From positions 249,715 through 313,714 of the forward strand of contig JAHPZH010000006.1 of NCBI GenBank assembly GCA_019058315.1: a DNA stretch of 64,000 bases, read 5' to 3'. Both the position numbers and the translations under genes were made by a program. The notes under the pieces were generated by a model. It worked only from the letters and a program-made list of their open reading frames with translations. It had not been told where the DNA came from and ran no database searches. Origin of the DNA: Candidatus Helarchaeota archaeon. Its GTDB lineage: Archaea > Asgardarchaeota > Lokiarchaeia > Helarchaeales > RDOG01. The number at the start of each line of letters is the position of its first letter. Within the stretch, counting starts at the first letter, position 1. Shown in pieces: positions 28,708 to 38,796 of the stretch.

Positions 28708-31700
28708 ATGGTAAAAAATTCCTATTTTAAAAAAGGATTTAAAATTTGCCTTTTAGTACTTTTTGTTTCAAGTATATTGGTTGGAATCATTAATTACCAA
28801 AATGGCTTAAATTCCTTAATAACTCCCTTATCACAGCAACTAAAAGATACTAACAGCGATGATTTATCCTTGGACTCAAAAGCAGAAGCATCCAGCTGGT
28901 GGAACACCTCTTGGAGATATAGAATCCAAATAAATATTACAGAACCGAACATTGCAAGTAGAAATAATGAACCAGTAAGTGTTTGGTTAAATTTTACTGA
29001 TTTATCACCTATAAAAGTATCTCGTTGTGCAAATGATAGCATTCGTGTTCTTGAATATTCAATGGATACTTGGACTTTAATAAACAGTCAAGTTTGGAAT
29101 ACCACTTATATAAATGGTAACATTTCAACTGCAACAATTACCTTTTCAGCAGATGTTTCAATTGGTGAAACAAAAACATATTATGTATATTATAATGAGA
29201 CAGGTGAAACAATTAATTATGCAACAAATCTCATCAATGTATATTCTGAAGCGTTGAATAATGCATATATTTCAAATGGCGTTTTTGAAATTATGATTTC
29301 TAATAATACTGGAGTTTTTAATCTATCATATGATTCAGGAACAGTCCGTAATTATCATTTCAATCAATCCCTCTCACCGTTAGGACCTACATACAATTAC
29401 CATTATGGAACTGAATATTTTTATGCATATAGTACTGAATGGGTAGAAATATGTGCTTTTGAACCTGGAACAAAGGTCAGTTTATTGGATTCATCAGGAA
29501 TTGAAGTTGCAAATAATACTCTGAATCAATATGAATTATGGAAATATCCCTATACTGGAACTTTAAGTGCTGGCTTATATCAAGTTATATCAAACAATCC
29601 AGTTTCAATAATCGTTACAAGTTGTACCTCCCAATCAGGAACAAGCGATGACGAAGTCTGGGCTGCATATGATACAAAAATTCTTGGAAGAATAAATAAA
29701 CACTTATGGATTACTGCTTTTGAAAATGATACTTATGTAACAGTAACTGATACAAATTCCTCTATTCAAGTATTAAATCTCCATCTCAATGAAACAGATC
29801 ATATTTATAATGCAACTGTTTCTGCTGCAAACATTAATGAGGTATATCTGATTGAGTCAAATCATCCAGTTTCAGTTGTAGCAGGAGTTGCGAATGATGG
29901 TATGTTTACTGGTATTTATGGGAAAAATCAAATGGAATTCGTTTTTCCAGCGTTTAGAACTTGGGGTGTTTATGCCGAAGAAGGACCAGCATTAGTAAAA
30001 TGGAATAGTGACAAGACAGGGTCTGGATCAAGAACACTAGGTGAAGGTGAATTCTATGAAGTTGATTCTGGTAATAATAACCAAGGTGATATATGGGTCC
30101 AACTCAATTCTACAAAACCCGTCAGGATATTTACTAGAGATTATGGAGATACAGGTACAGCTGTAGCTTCTTTAAATCCAACTGGTAAGCTCTTTTACGT
30201 ATGTGATCCAGGTGGTGGTACAATTCGAATGACTGCACTAGAAGATGGTACAACAATAACTTATAATCAAAGTTCACCAAGTGGAACTTATAGAATAATA
30301 AATTTAGATAAAGGAGGAACTTATACACAGACTATTTCGGGAGCAGGATCAAAAATAATTTCAGATAAACCAATTTTTGTTCAATATTGGGATAATGGGA
30401 ACCCACAAAGCACTTCGATGTATATTCCTCAAGAGACTCAATATCCACGAATTACTGATATTGAATTAATCGAAAATGATTCGGTTTTTGTGAAATACCG
30501 CATAGATTGGGAAGGTCTTGGAGGTATGAATACCACTGATTATCTAACTGTATACGCAGACTATGAATTATTCCAATTAGAAAGAAATATATGGTTTAAT
30601 GACGCCTATACTAACCCTTCTTTCCGTATAATAGATACATACATTAATGGAAGTCAATTTGACCAATATATACATGATGATATGAGTTTTCTATCCTTAG
30701 AAGATCCTAACTTTAGTGCTGAAAATTATACAGTGGTTTATGATTCAACTAATGATAATAATCATATGACTTTAGGGATTTTTCTAAGTAATTACTATGC
30801 AAATGGAGCAGTGACTCTTAATTCTGTAGATTTAAGCGCAGACTATCATGATGGAATTGTACATTTAATTTCTGGTAATCAGACGGATATGCAAACACCT
30901 AATAATCCGACATCAAATGATTTTGCATGTTTTACATTATGGGAATATGTTCAAGATGGTATAACAGATTTAAATACGATATATGAAACTAATGAAAAAA
31001 TTTTCAATCCATTACAAATTTCAGGAACAGGAAATGAAAGTAGTCGCTTTTTCAACTTAATTATTACTCTAAAAGATATTGATAACCTTCCAGCAGCCAA
31101 TTTAAAAGTAGTTGTAAATAAAACTGATGCAAGTATACTTACAAAATACACTGATTATACGAATATCGGAGGAACAGTAACATTTTCTCGTTTAGAAGAT
31201 GGTGAATACTCTATAAACGTGACATATGTAGATGCAGATTTTGGAAAAGAATTAAATTTAAACTACACTCCTCAAATATTTCTAAACTCTGCAAATACTA
31301 CGCCTGAAGGAAATTATATTTTAAATATTGAAAATCTATTCATTACGCATTTTGATATTACCTTTGTAAGTTCCCCAGCTTTAGAACCTATAGACGGAGC
31401 AAATATAACATTTTTTGAAACAAATGGTACCCACTATACCCCAATAGGCTCAAAGATTTCACAAAATGGATTTATTTCACTATATTGGGCAAACACAACC
31501 GGAGTCAATTGGAATTATACTCTTAACTTGACATTTTATGGAACTGGACGCTTAATCCGACTTAACAAGACACCATCAGATCCTTGGGATAGTAATTATA
31601 ACTTTTCATTGGCTCAATATACATCTAGTGCTATTGAGGTGAGTTTACAGGACTTTTCGACTGAATTATTAAACCTTACCCCAAAATCACAAAAAGTTAC

Positions 31701-33357
31701 ATATGGTGAGAATCTAACATTCGGTGTAAGATATAATTATACACTTTTACCAACAGATAACAACACAGGAATCTCAGGAGCATCTTTTGACTTGCAGTTA
31801 TCTTACGAAGGAAATATTGTAGATACTTCATCTCTAGTATTTATAGAAGAAGCTCCTGGCCCTCCGGGAAATTATACACTTACTTTTAATAGTAGTGAAC
31901 TTGGACTTTTAGCAGAAAAAACATATATATTTCTTGTGGAGGCTTCAAAAGCAGGCTTCGAACCAAAAACTTTTGTCTTCACTTTTGAAGTAGATGCTAT
32001 TCAAACGAATATTTCAGTTACATTAAATTCTTCGGTGCACTGGGGGCAAAATTTAACCATAATCGTTAAATATACGGATAACAATACTAATGACATACCT
32101 AATGCAACAATTACTTATACTTGGGGTACACAAACTGAAGAATTAACAATGGATGACACAATACCAACAGATATCTTTTACTGGGTTAAAATAAATACTT
32201 CAATTAGCTTTCCTGGATATCAATTGATCGATATTTCGGCATCAAAATCAAATTACGAAACTAAAGGTACAACAGAATCATTCAATTTATTAGAACGAGA
32301 AACTAAGCTAAATAACTCAGATGATATATTCAAAGAGATTATCATATATGCCAATGACGCACATAATTTCACTTTTAATTATACAGATGTACTTAAAGCA
32401 GGTAAATTAATACCCGATGCTGTAGCCACGTATCAATGGAATGGGACCATTTATGATATGGATAATTTAGGAAATGGTTATTATGTTCTAGATTTTGATA
32501 CTGAGACAAGAGCTGTTGGTAAATATGTAATTGAAGTCAATATAAAACGTACCAATTATTCTCAACCCACAATGATACTATTCTTAAATATTCAAAAGAG
32601 ACCAGTAATAATTACAGTAATGCCTCCGGTTTTAACACTACCTCAAAAAACGACAACTATGATTTTAATTTCGTTAGAAGATGATGCTACAGGAAATGCA
32701 CTGTCTAACTTAAAATTATCTTATACAATTGATGCTATACCTATGGGTGTCTTAAGTAGTCAGGGAGATGGAAGTTATGTGCTTCCTATCGCTACTGAAT
32801 CATTATCTGTAGGTGGACATCTTATTCTCATTTCAATGGAACATGACAATTATACTATGCCTGTTGCAGCTGTCAGTTTAACAATAACATATGAACAAAT
32901 TTTTGGATTAGATGCTCCAATTTTCTATACAATATTGATTGCCGCAGCTGTTGCTATCGCTGCGGTTTCAATTTATGCGGCAATAAAATCAGCTAGAATC
33001 CCATATATAATTAAAAAAATCGACGAAACAATTAAAACTATTGACAAAGGAAAAGGTGAAATTAATGTTCCTGTGATGAAATCTAAGGAACAAATTTTCA
33101 TGGAGAAGTTTGGTGCCGATTGGGAATCATTAGGATTAGAAACCCCAATAAAACCAATAAAAGTCAAAGATGTAGCAATGGAGGAATTTAAAGATCTCTT
33201 AAGTAGCATGAAAGGCGTCAAAATGACAATTAAAGAAATGGAAAATCTCAAATCAAAGTTAAGCAAAGCTACTAAAGAAGAAGCAATGAAACTACTTGAA
33301 TCTATGGGCATACCACCAGATGCTAGTGAAAGGTTATTTGATTTAGCGAAGAAATAA
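28708..33357 (+). CDS. Large membrane-anchored cell-surface glycoprotein (DUF2341-like N-terminus, IgGFc-binding-like region, Ig-like repeats, C-terminal TM and cytosolic tail)
   Basis: N-terminal hydrophobic segment; WWNTSWRYRI; repeated S-x-x-P-V/I motifs; many NxS/T sequons; TM IFYTILIAAAVAIAAVSIYAAI. Confidence 0.8.
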   Translation: MVKNSYFKKGFKICLLVLFVSSILVGIINYQNGLNSLITPLSQQLKDTNSDDLSLDSKAEASSWWNTSWRYRIQINITEPNIASRNNEPVSVWLNFTDLSPIKVSRCANDSIRVLEYSMDTWTLINSQVWNTTYINGNISTATITFSADVSIGETKTYYVYYNETGETINYATNLINVYSEALNNAYISNGVFEIMISNNTGVFNLSYDSGTVRNYHFNQSLSPLGPTYNYHYGTEYFYAYSTEWVEICAFEPGTKVSLLDSSGIEVANNTLNQYELWKYPYTGTLSAGLYQVISNNPVSIIVTSCTSQSGTSDDEVWAAYDTKILGRINKHLWITAFENDTYVTVTDTNSSIQVLNLHLNETDHIYNATVSAANINEVYLIESNHPVSVVAGVANDGMFTGIYGKNQMEFVFPAFRTWGVYAEEGPALVKWNSDKTGSGSRTLGEGEFYEVDSGNNNQGDIWVQLNSTKPVRIFTRDYGDTGTAVASLNPTGKLFYVCDPGGGTIRMTALEDGTTITYNQSSPSGTYRIINLDKGGTYTQTISGAGSKIISDKPIFVQYWDNGNPQSTSMYIPQETQYPRITDIELIENDSVFVKYRIDWEGLGGMNTTDYLTVYADYELFQLERNIWFNDAYTNPSFRIIDTYINGSQFDQYIHDDMSFLSLEDPNFSAENYTVVYDSTNDNNHMTLGIFLSNYYANGAVTLNSVDLSADYHDGIVHLISGNQTDMQTPNNPTSNDFACFTLWEYVQDGITDLNTIYETNEKIFNPLQISGTGNESSRFFNLIITLKDIDNLPAANLKVVVNKTDASILTKYTDYTNIGGTVTFSRLEDGEYSINVTYVDADFGKELNLNYTPQIFLNSANTTPEGNYILNIENLFITHFDITFVSSPALEPIDGANITFFETNGTHYTPIGSKISQNGFISLYWANTTGVNWNYTLNLTFYGTGRLIRLNKTPSDPWDSNYNFSLAQYTSSAIEVSLQDFSTELLNLTPKSQKVTYGENLTFGVRYNYTLLPTDNNTGISGASFDLQLSYEGNIVDTSSLVFIEEAPGPPGNYTLTFNSSELGLLAEKTYIFLVEASKAGFEPKTFVFTFEVDAIQTNISVTLNSSVHWGQNLTIIVKYTDNNTNDIPNATITYTWGTQTEELTMDDTIPTDIFYWVKINTSISFPGYQLIDISASKSNYETKGTTESFNLLERETKLNNSDDIFKEIIIYANDAHNFTFNYTDVLKAGKLIPDAVATYQWNGTIYDMDNLGNGYYVLDFDTETRAVGKYVIEVNIKRTNYSQPTMILFLNIQKRPVIITVMPPVLTLPQKTTTMILISLEDDATGNALSNLKLSYTIDAIPMGVLSSQGDGSYVLPIATESLSVGGHLILISMEHDNYTMPVAAVSLTITYEQIFGLDAPIFYTILIAAAVAIAAVSIYAAIKSARIPYIIKKIDETIKTIDKGKGEINVPVMKSKEQIFMEKFGADWESLGLETPIKPIKVKDVAMEEFKDLLSSMKGVKMTIKEMENLKSKLSKATKEEAMKLLESMGIPPDASERLFDLAKK

Positions 33358-33426
33358 ATCTTTAATCTAAAATCCTTTTTTTTTATTTTCTCAATCTCAG
33401 AAATTTGATAATTTTTTAAATCAATT

Positions 33427-34062
33427 CTAATTTTTATCTTCTTTTTTTATTAATTCAGCAAATTCTTTGATAGCATTTTCTGCATATTGAGAAATACGAT
33501 AATCCTCATCTGTTTTAAAAAGAGATATATAAATTTGTAAAAATTGGTTAATTTTTGTAGAATCATCTTTTAACATCAATGTAAGCGATTCGAGAGCAGC
33601 CATACGAACTTCATAGTCTAGATCTTTACATTGATTTGACAGAAAAACAAGAATTTGATCATTATCTTTTACTTTTAATCCAATTTTACCTAAAGTTTTA
33701 AGAGCATCTACACGAACAGACCAATGTTTATCCTTAGTCGCTTTTTGTTTTATTTGACTTATAGAATCCTTTTTTAAGACTTTTTCAATAAATAATTCTG
33801 CTATATCACCAATTAGTTTAACGATATTTCGACGTACGATCCAATTTTCACTGTTTAAATACTGTATTAATATTTCAAAAAGATCGTCGGGAAAGGGAAG
33901 ATTTTTTTCTTTAATTTTATTAAAAATAGGTGTTAGAGAAGAAATAGCTTCACTTCTCTCCTCATCATCTTTATCTTGAATTATTTGAATAACATAATCT
34001 GTAATTTTTTGGATTTTTTCTTGTTTAACCATTTTTAAAATTTTTTTCTCAATCTTCCTCAT
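33427..34062 (-). CDS. HEAT-repeat protein
   Basis: ENWIVRR, DKHWSVRVDALKTLG, DLDYEVRMAALESL, DEDYRI repeats. Confidence 0.88.
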   Translation of the reverse strand: MRKIEKKILKMVKQEKIQKITDYVIQIIQDKDDEERSEAISSLTPIFNKIKEKNLPFPDDLFEILIQYLNSENWIVRRNIVKLIGDIAELFIEKVLKKDSISQIKQKATKDKHWSVRVDALKTLGKIGLKVKDNDQILVFLSNQCKDLDYEVRMAALESLTLMLKDDSTKINQFLQIYISLFKTDEDYRISQYAENAIKEFAELIKKEDKN

Positions 34063-34176
34063 TTTCTACCAACATATATTTAATTAAAATAAAATTTCTT
34101 AAATTGAATAATACACGATTTTAAATATATTTGAGCAATTGGATTTATTACTAAAGAAAAATGAAATGATCATTAA

Positions 34177-35451
34177 ATGAAAGAACTGGAAAAAGTATTT
34201 TCAGAAATCTCAATTAATTGGGTTGACGATAATCGAAATAATATAATGAATTCAGAAGTTTATACTAATTTTCTGGGAATTTTTCCTAGATTAAAAGAAA
34301 TTTTCCAAAAAAGTTTAAGATTGGATGGACCTGAGTTTGAAAGAACATTAAGACACACATTTCGTCTTTTAATAATTTATTATCAACTGAAAAATCGTAA
34401 ATTCAAATATAAATATCTAAATTCAAATACAATAAAAGAAATTAGAACACGAATTGAGAAATTAGACAGTATCAATTCGCTATATTTACCATTAATTTTA
34501 ATTTATCATGATATAGGTAGACCATTTAATAGAAAGCTTCATACTTATGAGAGTGCTAAAATCGTAAAAGAATCGAATTTATTAGATGCATATGATCTTA
34601 CAAAAAAAGAAATATTGCTAATAACTAAAGTTATTGAATATCATTTATTGATTGGGACAATCTATACTGGTGAATCAACCTATTTTGCTTTAAATACCTT
34701 GCTTAATGATAAAGAATTCATTGAATTTTTAGGAGATAAGGAATTTATTAAAATATATTTGTTATTAAGTTCAACTTTTACAATTTTAGATCCCTTTGGC
34801 TACTTTTATGCCCAAATTTTAGATCACTATATTGAAAATTACTCCGAAATTCAACAGAATCTATTAGAAATAATAAATAATTGGCCCAATATAGATTTAA
34901 TCAAGAAAAAACTCCAAAGTGTATGTTTTAGTAGATTAGATTGGAGATTAGCTTGTTCTTTGCGAATATTTCAATTAATTGATACAAAACCTCAATTAAC
35001 ATATGATTTTTTTATTGAAAAAATTAAGGAATCAGTTGAAGTTTTTACTAACAATAAGATGGATCAAAAAAATTGGTTGAACTTCAAAAAGAGTTCTCTG
35101 TCTGTAAATTATCTTATTCAATTAAAATATGCACTCCCAATTCTTATGGTACTTGCTTCTGGTGAGTTTAAACGGATTTTTAAGCCTAAAACTGTTAATA
35201 CTCATCTAATTTATTTCTGGACATGCCTTAACCAGAAAATAGAAAAAGAAAATGAAATATCGATTTATCCAAATGAAAATTGGAATGTAATTCTTGAAGG
35301 AATTCCACATTGGTCTAAATTAAAAGATTCATATTCCCAATTCTTAGACAAAAATCGAATAAAAACTGTAATAGAAAATGGTAAAGTCGAATTCGACAAT
35401 ATTAGGAAGGAAAATTGGCTTTTTCTTATTTTTAATAATGAAATTAAATGA
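34177..35451 (+). CDS. HD-domain protein
   Basis: RHT...YHDIGR...HTYESA...YH...LD. Confidence 0.7.
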   Translation: MKELEKVFSEISINWVDDNRNNIMNSEVYTNFLGIFPRLKEIFQKSLRLDGPEFERTLRHTFRLLIIYYQLKNRKFKYKYLNSNTIKEIRTRIEKLDSINSLYLPLILIYHDIGRPFNRKLHTYESAKIVKESNLLDAYDLTKKEILLITKVIEYHLLIGTIYTGESTYFALNTLLNDKEFIEFLGDKEFIKIYLLLSSTFTILDPFGYFYAQILDHYIENYSEIQQNLLEIINNWPNIDLIKKKLQSVCFSRLDWRLACSLRIFQLIDTKPQLTYDFFIEKIKESVEVFTNNKMDQKNWLNFKKSSLSVNYLIQLKYALPILMVLASGEFKRIFKPKTVNTHLIYFWTCLNQKIEKENEISIYPNENWNVILEGIPHWSKLKDSYSQFLDKNRIKTVIENGKVEFDNIRKENWLFLIFNNEIK

Positions 35452-35486
35452 AATATTCCAAATCAAAATTCTAGAGATGTTAAAAA

Positions 35487-35933
35487 ATGGGTAAAAAATA
35501 TGAAAAAAATATTGTTAAAGGAGTTAAAACGGTAAAATCGTTGCCATATCATAAACCTGATGTTTTCTTTTATCCAACATTAATGAGTTCTAGGAGAGTT
35601 CAAGATGCTAAACTATGGGCATATTATTTTTTTCTGCATACAACTGATGATTTGGCAAAAAACCCAACTATATCATGGGCTGATCGTCATCGTCATCCTG
35701 AAGGATCCAATGAAATGTATCTAATCATCGGTGATCCTGGAGCCATCACAGTTGAAGTAACTTTGGGTGACGATAAAGAGATGGAAGTATATGAAGTCAC
35801 AAGCCCTGGTGCAGCTTATATTCCTGCTGGAGTAACACACAGTATAAAACCTATTAGAGTTACACCTAATAAATGTGGTGGAATTTTAGCAATTGTTTCT
35901 AATGGAGAATATAAATGTCTCCCTCCAAAATAA
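35487..35933 (+). CDS. Cupin-domain protein
   Basis: HRHPEGSNE...YIPAGVTH. Confidence 0.85.
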   Translation: MGKKYEKNIVKGVKTVKSLPYHKPDVFFYPTLMSSRRVQDAKLWAYYFFLHTTDDLAKNPTISWADRHRHPEGSNEMYLIIGDPGAITVEVTLGDDKEMEVYEVTSPGAAYIPAGVTHSIKPIRVTPNKCGGILAIVSNGEYKCLPPK

Positions 35934-35948
35934 AAGTTAAGTGAATAT

Positions 35949-37100
35949 ATGAAGATCGGTTTAGTCGTTCATGGTCCAGAGGTAGTGGATTCTGGTGGGT
36001 GTAAACATATTTTAAATTTGTTTCAAAACCATTCGATAATCGCTAAGCTTGGAGGTATTATGGGGAAAACAGCTATTATAGATGCAGAATTGGAAGAGAT
36101 TATAGATATAAAAGAAAGCAAGAGACCGAGTGAACAAATTGACGAGCTATTTACAAAAAATTTTGATTTATTAATAATTTTAAATCATGGTAAAACTTTA
36201 GAAACAGGAATTGCCTTTGGTGGGGTATTAATTTCAAATTCAAAAAGATTCAGTGAAATTATTCCTGTAATTCAAATTGAACGACCAATGGAAGAAGATG
36301 GAGCTATCTTTGCTTGGAATGAATCAGGCAAAAGAATTCTCAATGAAATTGAAAAAATCATCAAAATTCCAATACTTTCAAAACCAGTTACAATCCCAAG
36401 TAGATTTAAAACAGAATCTGGCAAAAATTTCCGAATGTTAGTTGGTGTAAAACCAAATGAGAAAATATTTTTAAATAATGTTATAATTGGATATTCAAAA
36501 TCTGAAAAGATCACAATTATAGAAAAAAATGGTAAAATTATTGACTTATTAGGGGGAGAAATCAATCCACACGGTCTGGAAAAACTTAAAAAAAGAATCA
36601 ATCTAAAAACTGCGATGATTAAAACTGCTAAAGTTTTACGAAAAATAACTCCAGAAATGCAAAGGATAATTGACAAGACTTTGAAAACAAATAAAATCGC
36701 CATCCTATTTAACGCAGAAAAAGTGTATGATATAATTTTAAAAAATGTAGACCTAATTATTTCTGTTGGAGATGACACAACCGCGATAATTGCTGATTCT
36801 GCATCGAGATTTAATATACCAATTTTCGGAATTACCGATGGAGATATGGATTGTTTGTTAAATTCAATAGAAAAAGATTTTACAATAAATGAGTTAGGAA
36901 AAATTCTCTCATTAGCACCAAATTCTACTTTAATTAGAGTAAAATCTGGATGGGATGATAAAACTGGTGAATTAATTCAGTCTTCAATTTTCAAAGGGAA
37001 AGAAATTATAGAAATAAAAAATGATAAAATTCCAGTACTAAAAGAAAAAATTTTGAATTTAATATCAGAATATATTGTTTCAAAATATGAAAAACCTTAA
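35949..37100 (+). CDS. DUF2117 family protein
   Basis: MKIGLVVHGPEVVDSG, LNHGK, IQIERP, VGDDTT, GITDGD. Confidence 0.8.
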   Translation: MKIGLVVHGPEVVDSGGCKHILNLFQNHSIIAKLGGIMGKTAIIDAELEEIIDIKESKRPSEQIDELFTKNFDLLIILNHGKTLETGIAFGGVLISNSKRFSEIIPVIQIERPMEEDGAIFAWNESGKRILNEIEKIIKIPILSKPVTIPSRFKTESGKNFRMLVGVKPNEKIFLNNVIIGYSKSEKITIIEKNGKIIDLLGGEINPHGLEKLKKRINLKTAMIKTAKVLRKITPEMQRIIDKTLKTNKIAILFNAEKVYDIILKNVDLIISVGDDTTAIIADSASRFNIPIFGITDGDMDCLLNSIEKDFTINELGKILSLAPNSTLIRVKSGWDDKTGELIQSSIFKGKEIIEIKNDKIPVLKEKILNLISEYIVSKYEKP

Positions 37101-37161
37101 TATCCTCTTGTCGTTGGTTTCAAAGGCATTAGTCAAAATTTAATACCATTTGAATGAAATC

Positions 37162-37536
37162 TTAAGCAGAAACATTTGAAAAACACATTTCAAAATTAGA
37201 TAATTGTGGAATTAATCCACGTTGTTCAAAACTAATCCTTTGATTTATAAATTCTCTATAAAATTCCTTGATTAATCGTCTAAATTGTGGTAATAATTCT
37301 ATACCATCACCCTTATCACTAATAAATACGAAGAATAAATCGTGTCGGTGAAAATAATCAAATTTTAATGTGTTTGTACAAAAATTCGAAATTTTTTCAC
37401 CAATCGAAACATCACAGAATTTATATAGAGCTGAAAGAAATCCTCCAATTAATTGGGCATCAGGGGTTATCTTTGATAATGATTTATTATAAAGACAAAT
37501 TCCTGATTTATGCATCACAAAAATTCCTTTGATCAT
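37162..37536 (-). CDS. Small longin-domain protein
   Basis: IFVMHKSGICLY...DAQLIGGFLSAL..F...LFFVFISD. Confidence 0.8.
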   Translation of the reverse strand: MIKGIFVMHKSGICLYNKSLSKITPDAQLIGGFLSALYKFCDVSIGEKISNFCTNTLKFDYFHRHDLFFVFISDKGDGIELLPQFRRLIKEFYREFINQRISFEQRGLIPQLSNFEMCFSNVSA

Positions 37537-37831
37537 TTATTTTTCGCCTATTTACAAATTATTACACAATATCGTTTGGAGTTTATTTTATAAAGTCCTC
37601 TAATTAGAAATGCGATAATGATTGCGCAATTGAGTTAGGATGGAATTCAACGTTTCTAGTGGATTAGAATAAATATTTAGTATTATTATTTTCATTTTTT
37701 TTCTAATAGCAAAAAAAATATTGAAAATTGTCCGAAATTAATAACCCCACTAATATTAAATTTTAAAAATAAATCACCAAGATTAAATGCGCATTTTAAT
37801 TCACAAATAATTGAGAATCTTCGAATTATCT

Positions 37832-38128
37832 CTAACCTGTTCTTTTTATGATATGATAACCAAATTTTGTTTTTACTGGCTCCGATATTTCACCAACTTT
37901 CATTGAATAAACAGCTTGTTCAAATTCTTTGACCATTTCACCCCTCCTAAAAAAGCCCAAATCTCCACCTTTCTTCTTAGATGGACATTCAGAGAATTTC
38001 TGAGCCAATTTATTAAAGCTTACCCCAGATGCTAATTGCTTTTTTATATCTTGAGCCAAACTCAATTTTGGAACTAAAATATGGGAAGCTCTGACGTGTC
38101 CGGCTTTTCCTTTTTGTTTTTTTGGCAT
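37832..38128 (-). CDS. ppiC: Parvulin-type peptidyl-prolyl isomerase
   Basis: ASHILV, SECPS..GGDLG.F, MVKEFE, KTKFGYHII. Confidence 0.93.
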   Translation of the reverse strand: MPKKQKGKAGHVRASHILVPKLSLAQDIKKQLASGVSFNKLAQKFSECPSKKKGGDLGFFRRGEMVKEFEQAVYSMKVGEISEPVKTKFGYHIIKRTG

Positions 38129-38290
38129 ATTTTATCAACTCTTTTATATTGGTTTATTATTATTTTTAGCATCAAAATAGTTATTATTACATAAATACTA
38201 ATGAAGGAGACTATTAAAGAAGATATTAACTTTTAAATAGATTTTAATAAATATTATTTTAATCTAAAAAAAAAAATTAAGGAGGAAAGA

Positions 38291-38611
38291 ATGATGGAGT
38301 CTCTTAAGGTTGTTAAAATCCTGACTTTAATTCTATGTTGGGTTTCAATGGTTTTAATATTAATTGGATTATTAACAATTAATAATGGTAGCATGGCTTT
38401 GCAAGGGAATCAAGGACTTAAACCAATATTATTATTAACAATGGCAGGCGGAACAAATGATCCGTCAAAAGTTGCTGTTGATTCCATTGTACTAGATTTC
38501 GTACTTGGAGATATATCTGCAATTGTATCTGGAATCACATACCTATTTATTGGTATCGGTATTTTAATAGCCGCATCTATATCCGCCACAATTATGTTAG
38601 GTATCAATTAA
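38291..38611 (+). CDS. Small two-TM hypothetical protein
   Basis: AGGAGG SD upstream; two hydrophobic segments. Confidence 0.7.
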   Translation: MMESLKVVKILTLILCWVSMVLILIGLLTINNGSMALQGNQGLKPILLLTMAGGTNDPSKVAVDSIVLDFVLGDISAIVSGITYLFIGIGILIAASISATIMLGIN

Positions 38612-38796
38612 TCCACTTATAATTTTTTTATTTTTTTACCCTTACATAAAAAGTAATCTTATTACCCAACATTTCTATTAATTTCTCTTCCATACCCTCA
38701 ATCTCTATCAACTTTTTTAATATTAAATCTTTTAAGAATTAAATTTATTTATAATTTTTCATACACTAGTTTAAAAAATAGCTAGAGCGCATACTT

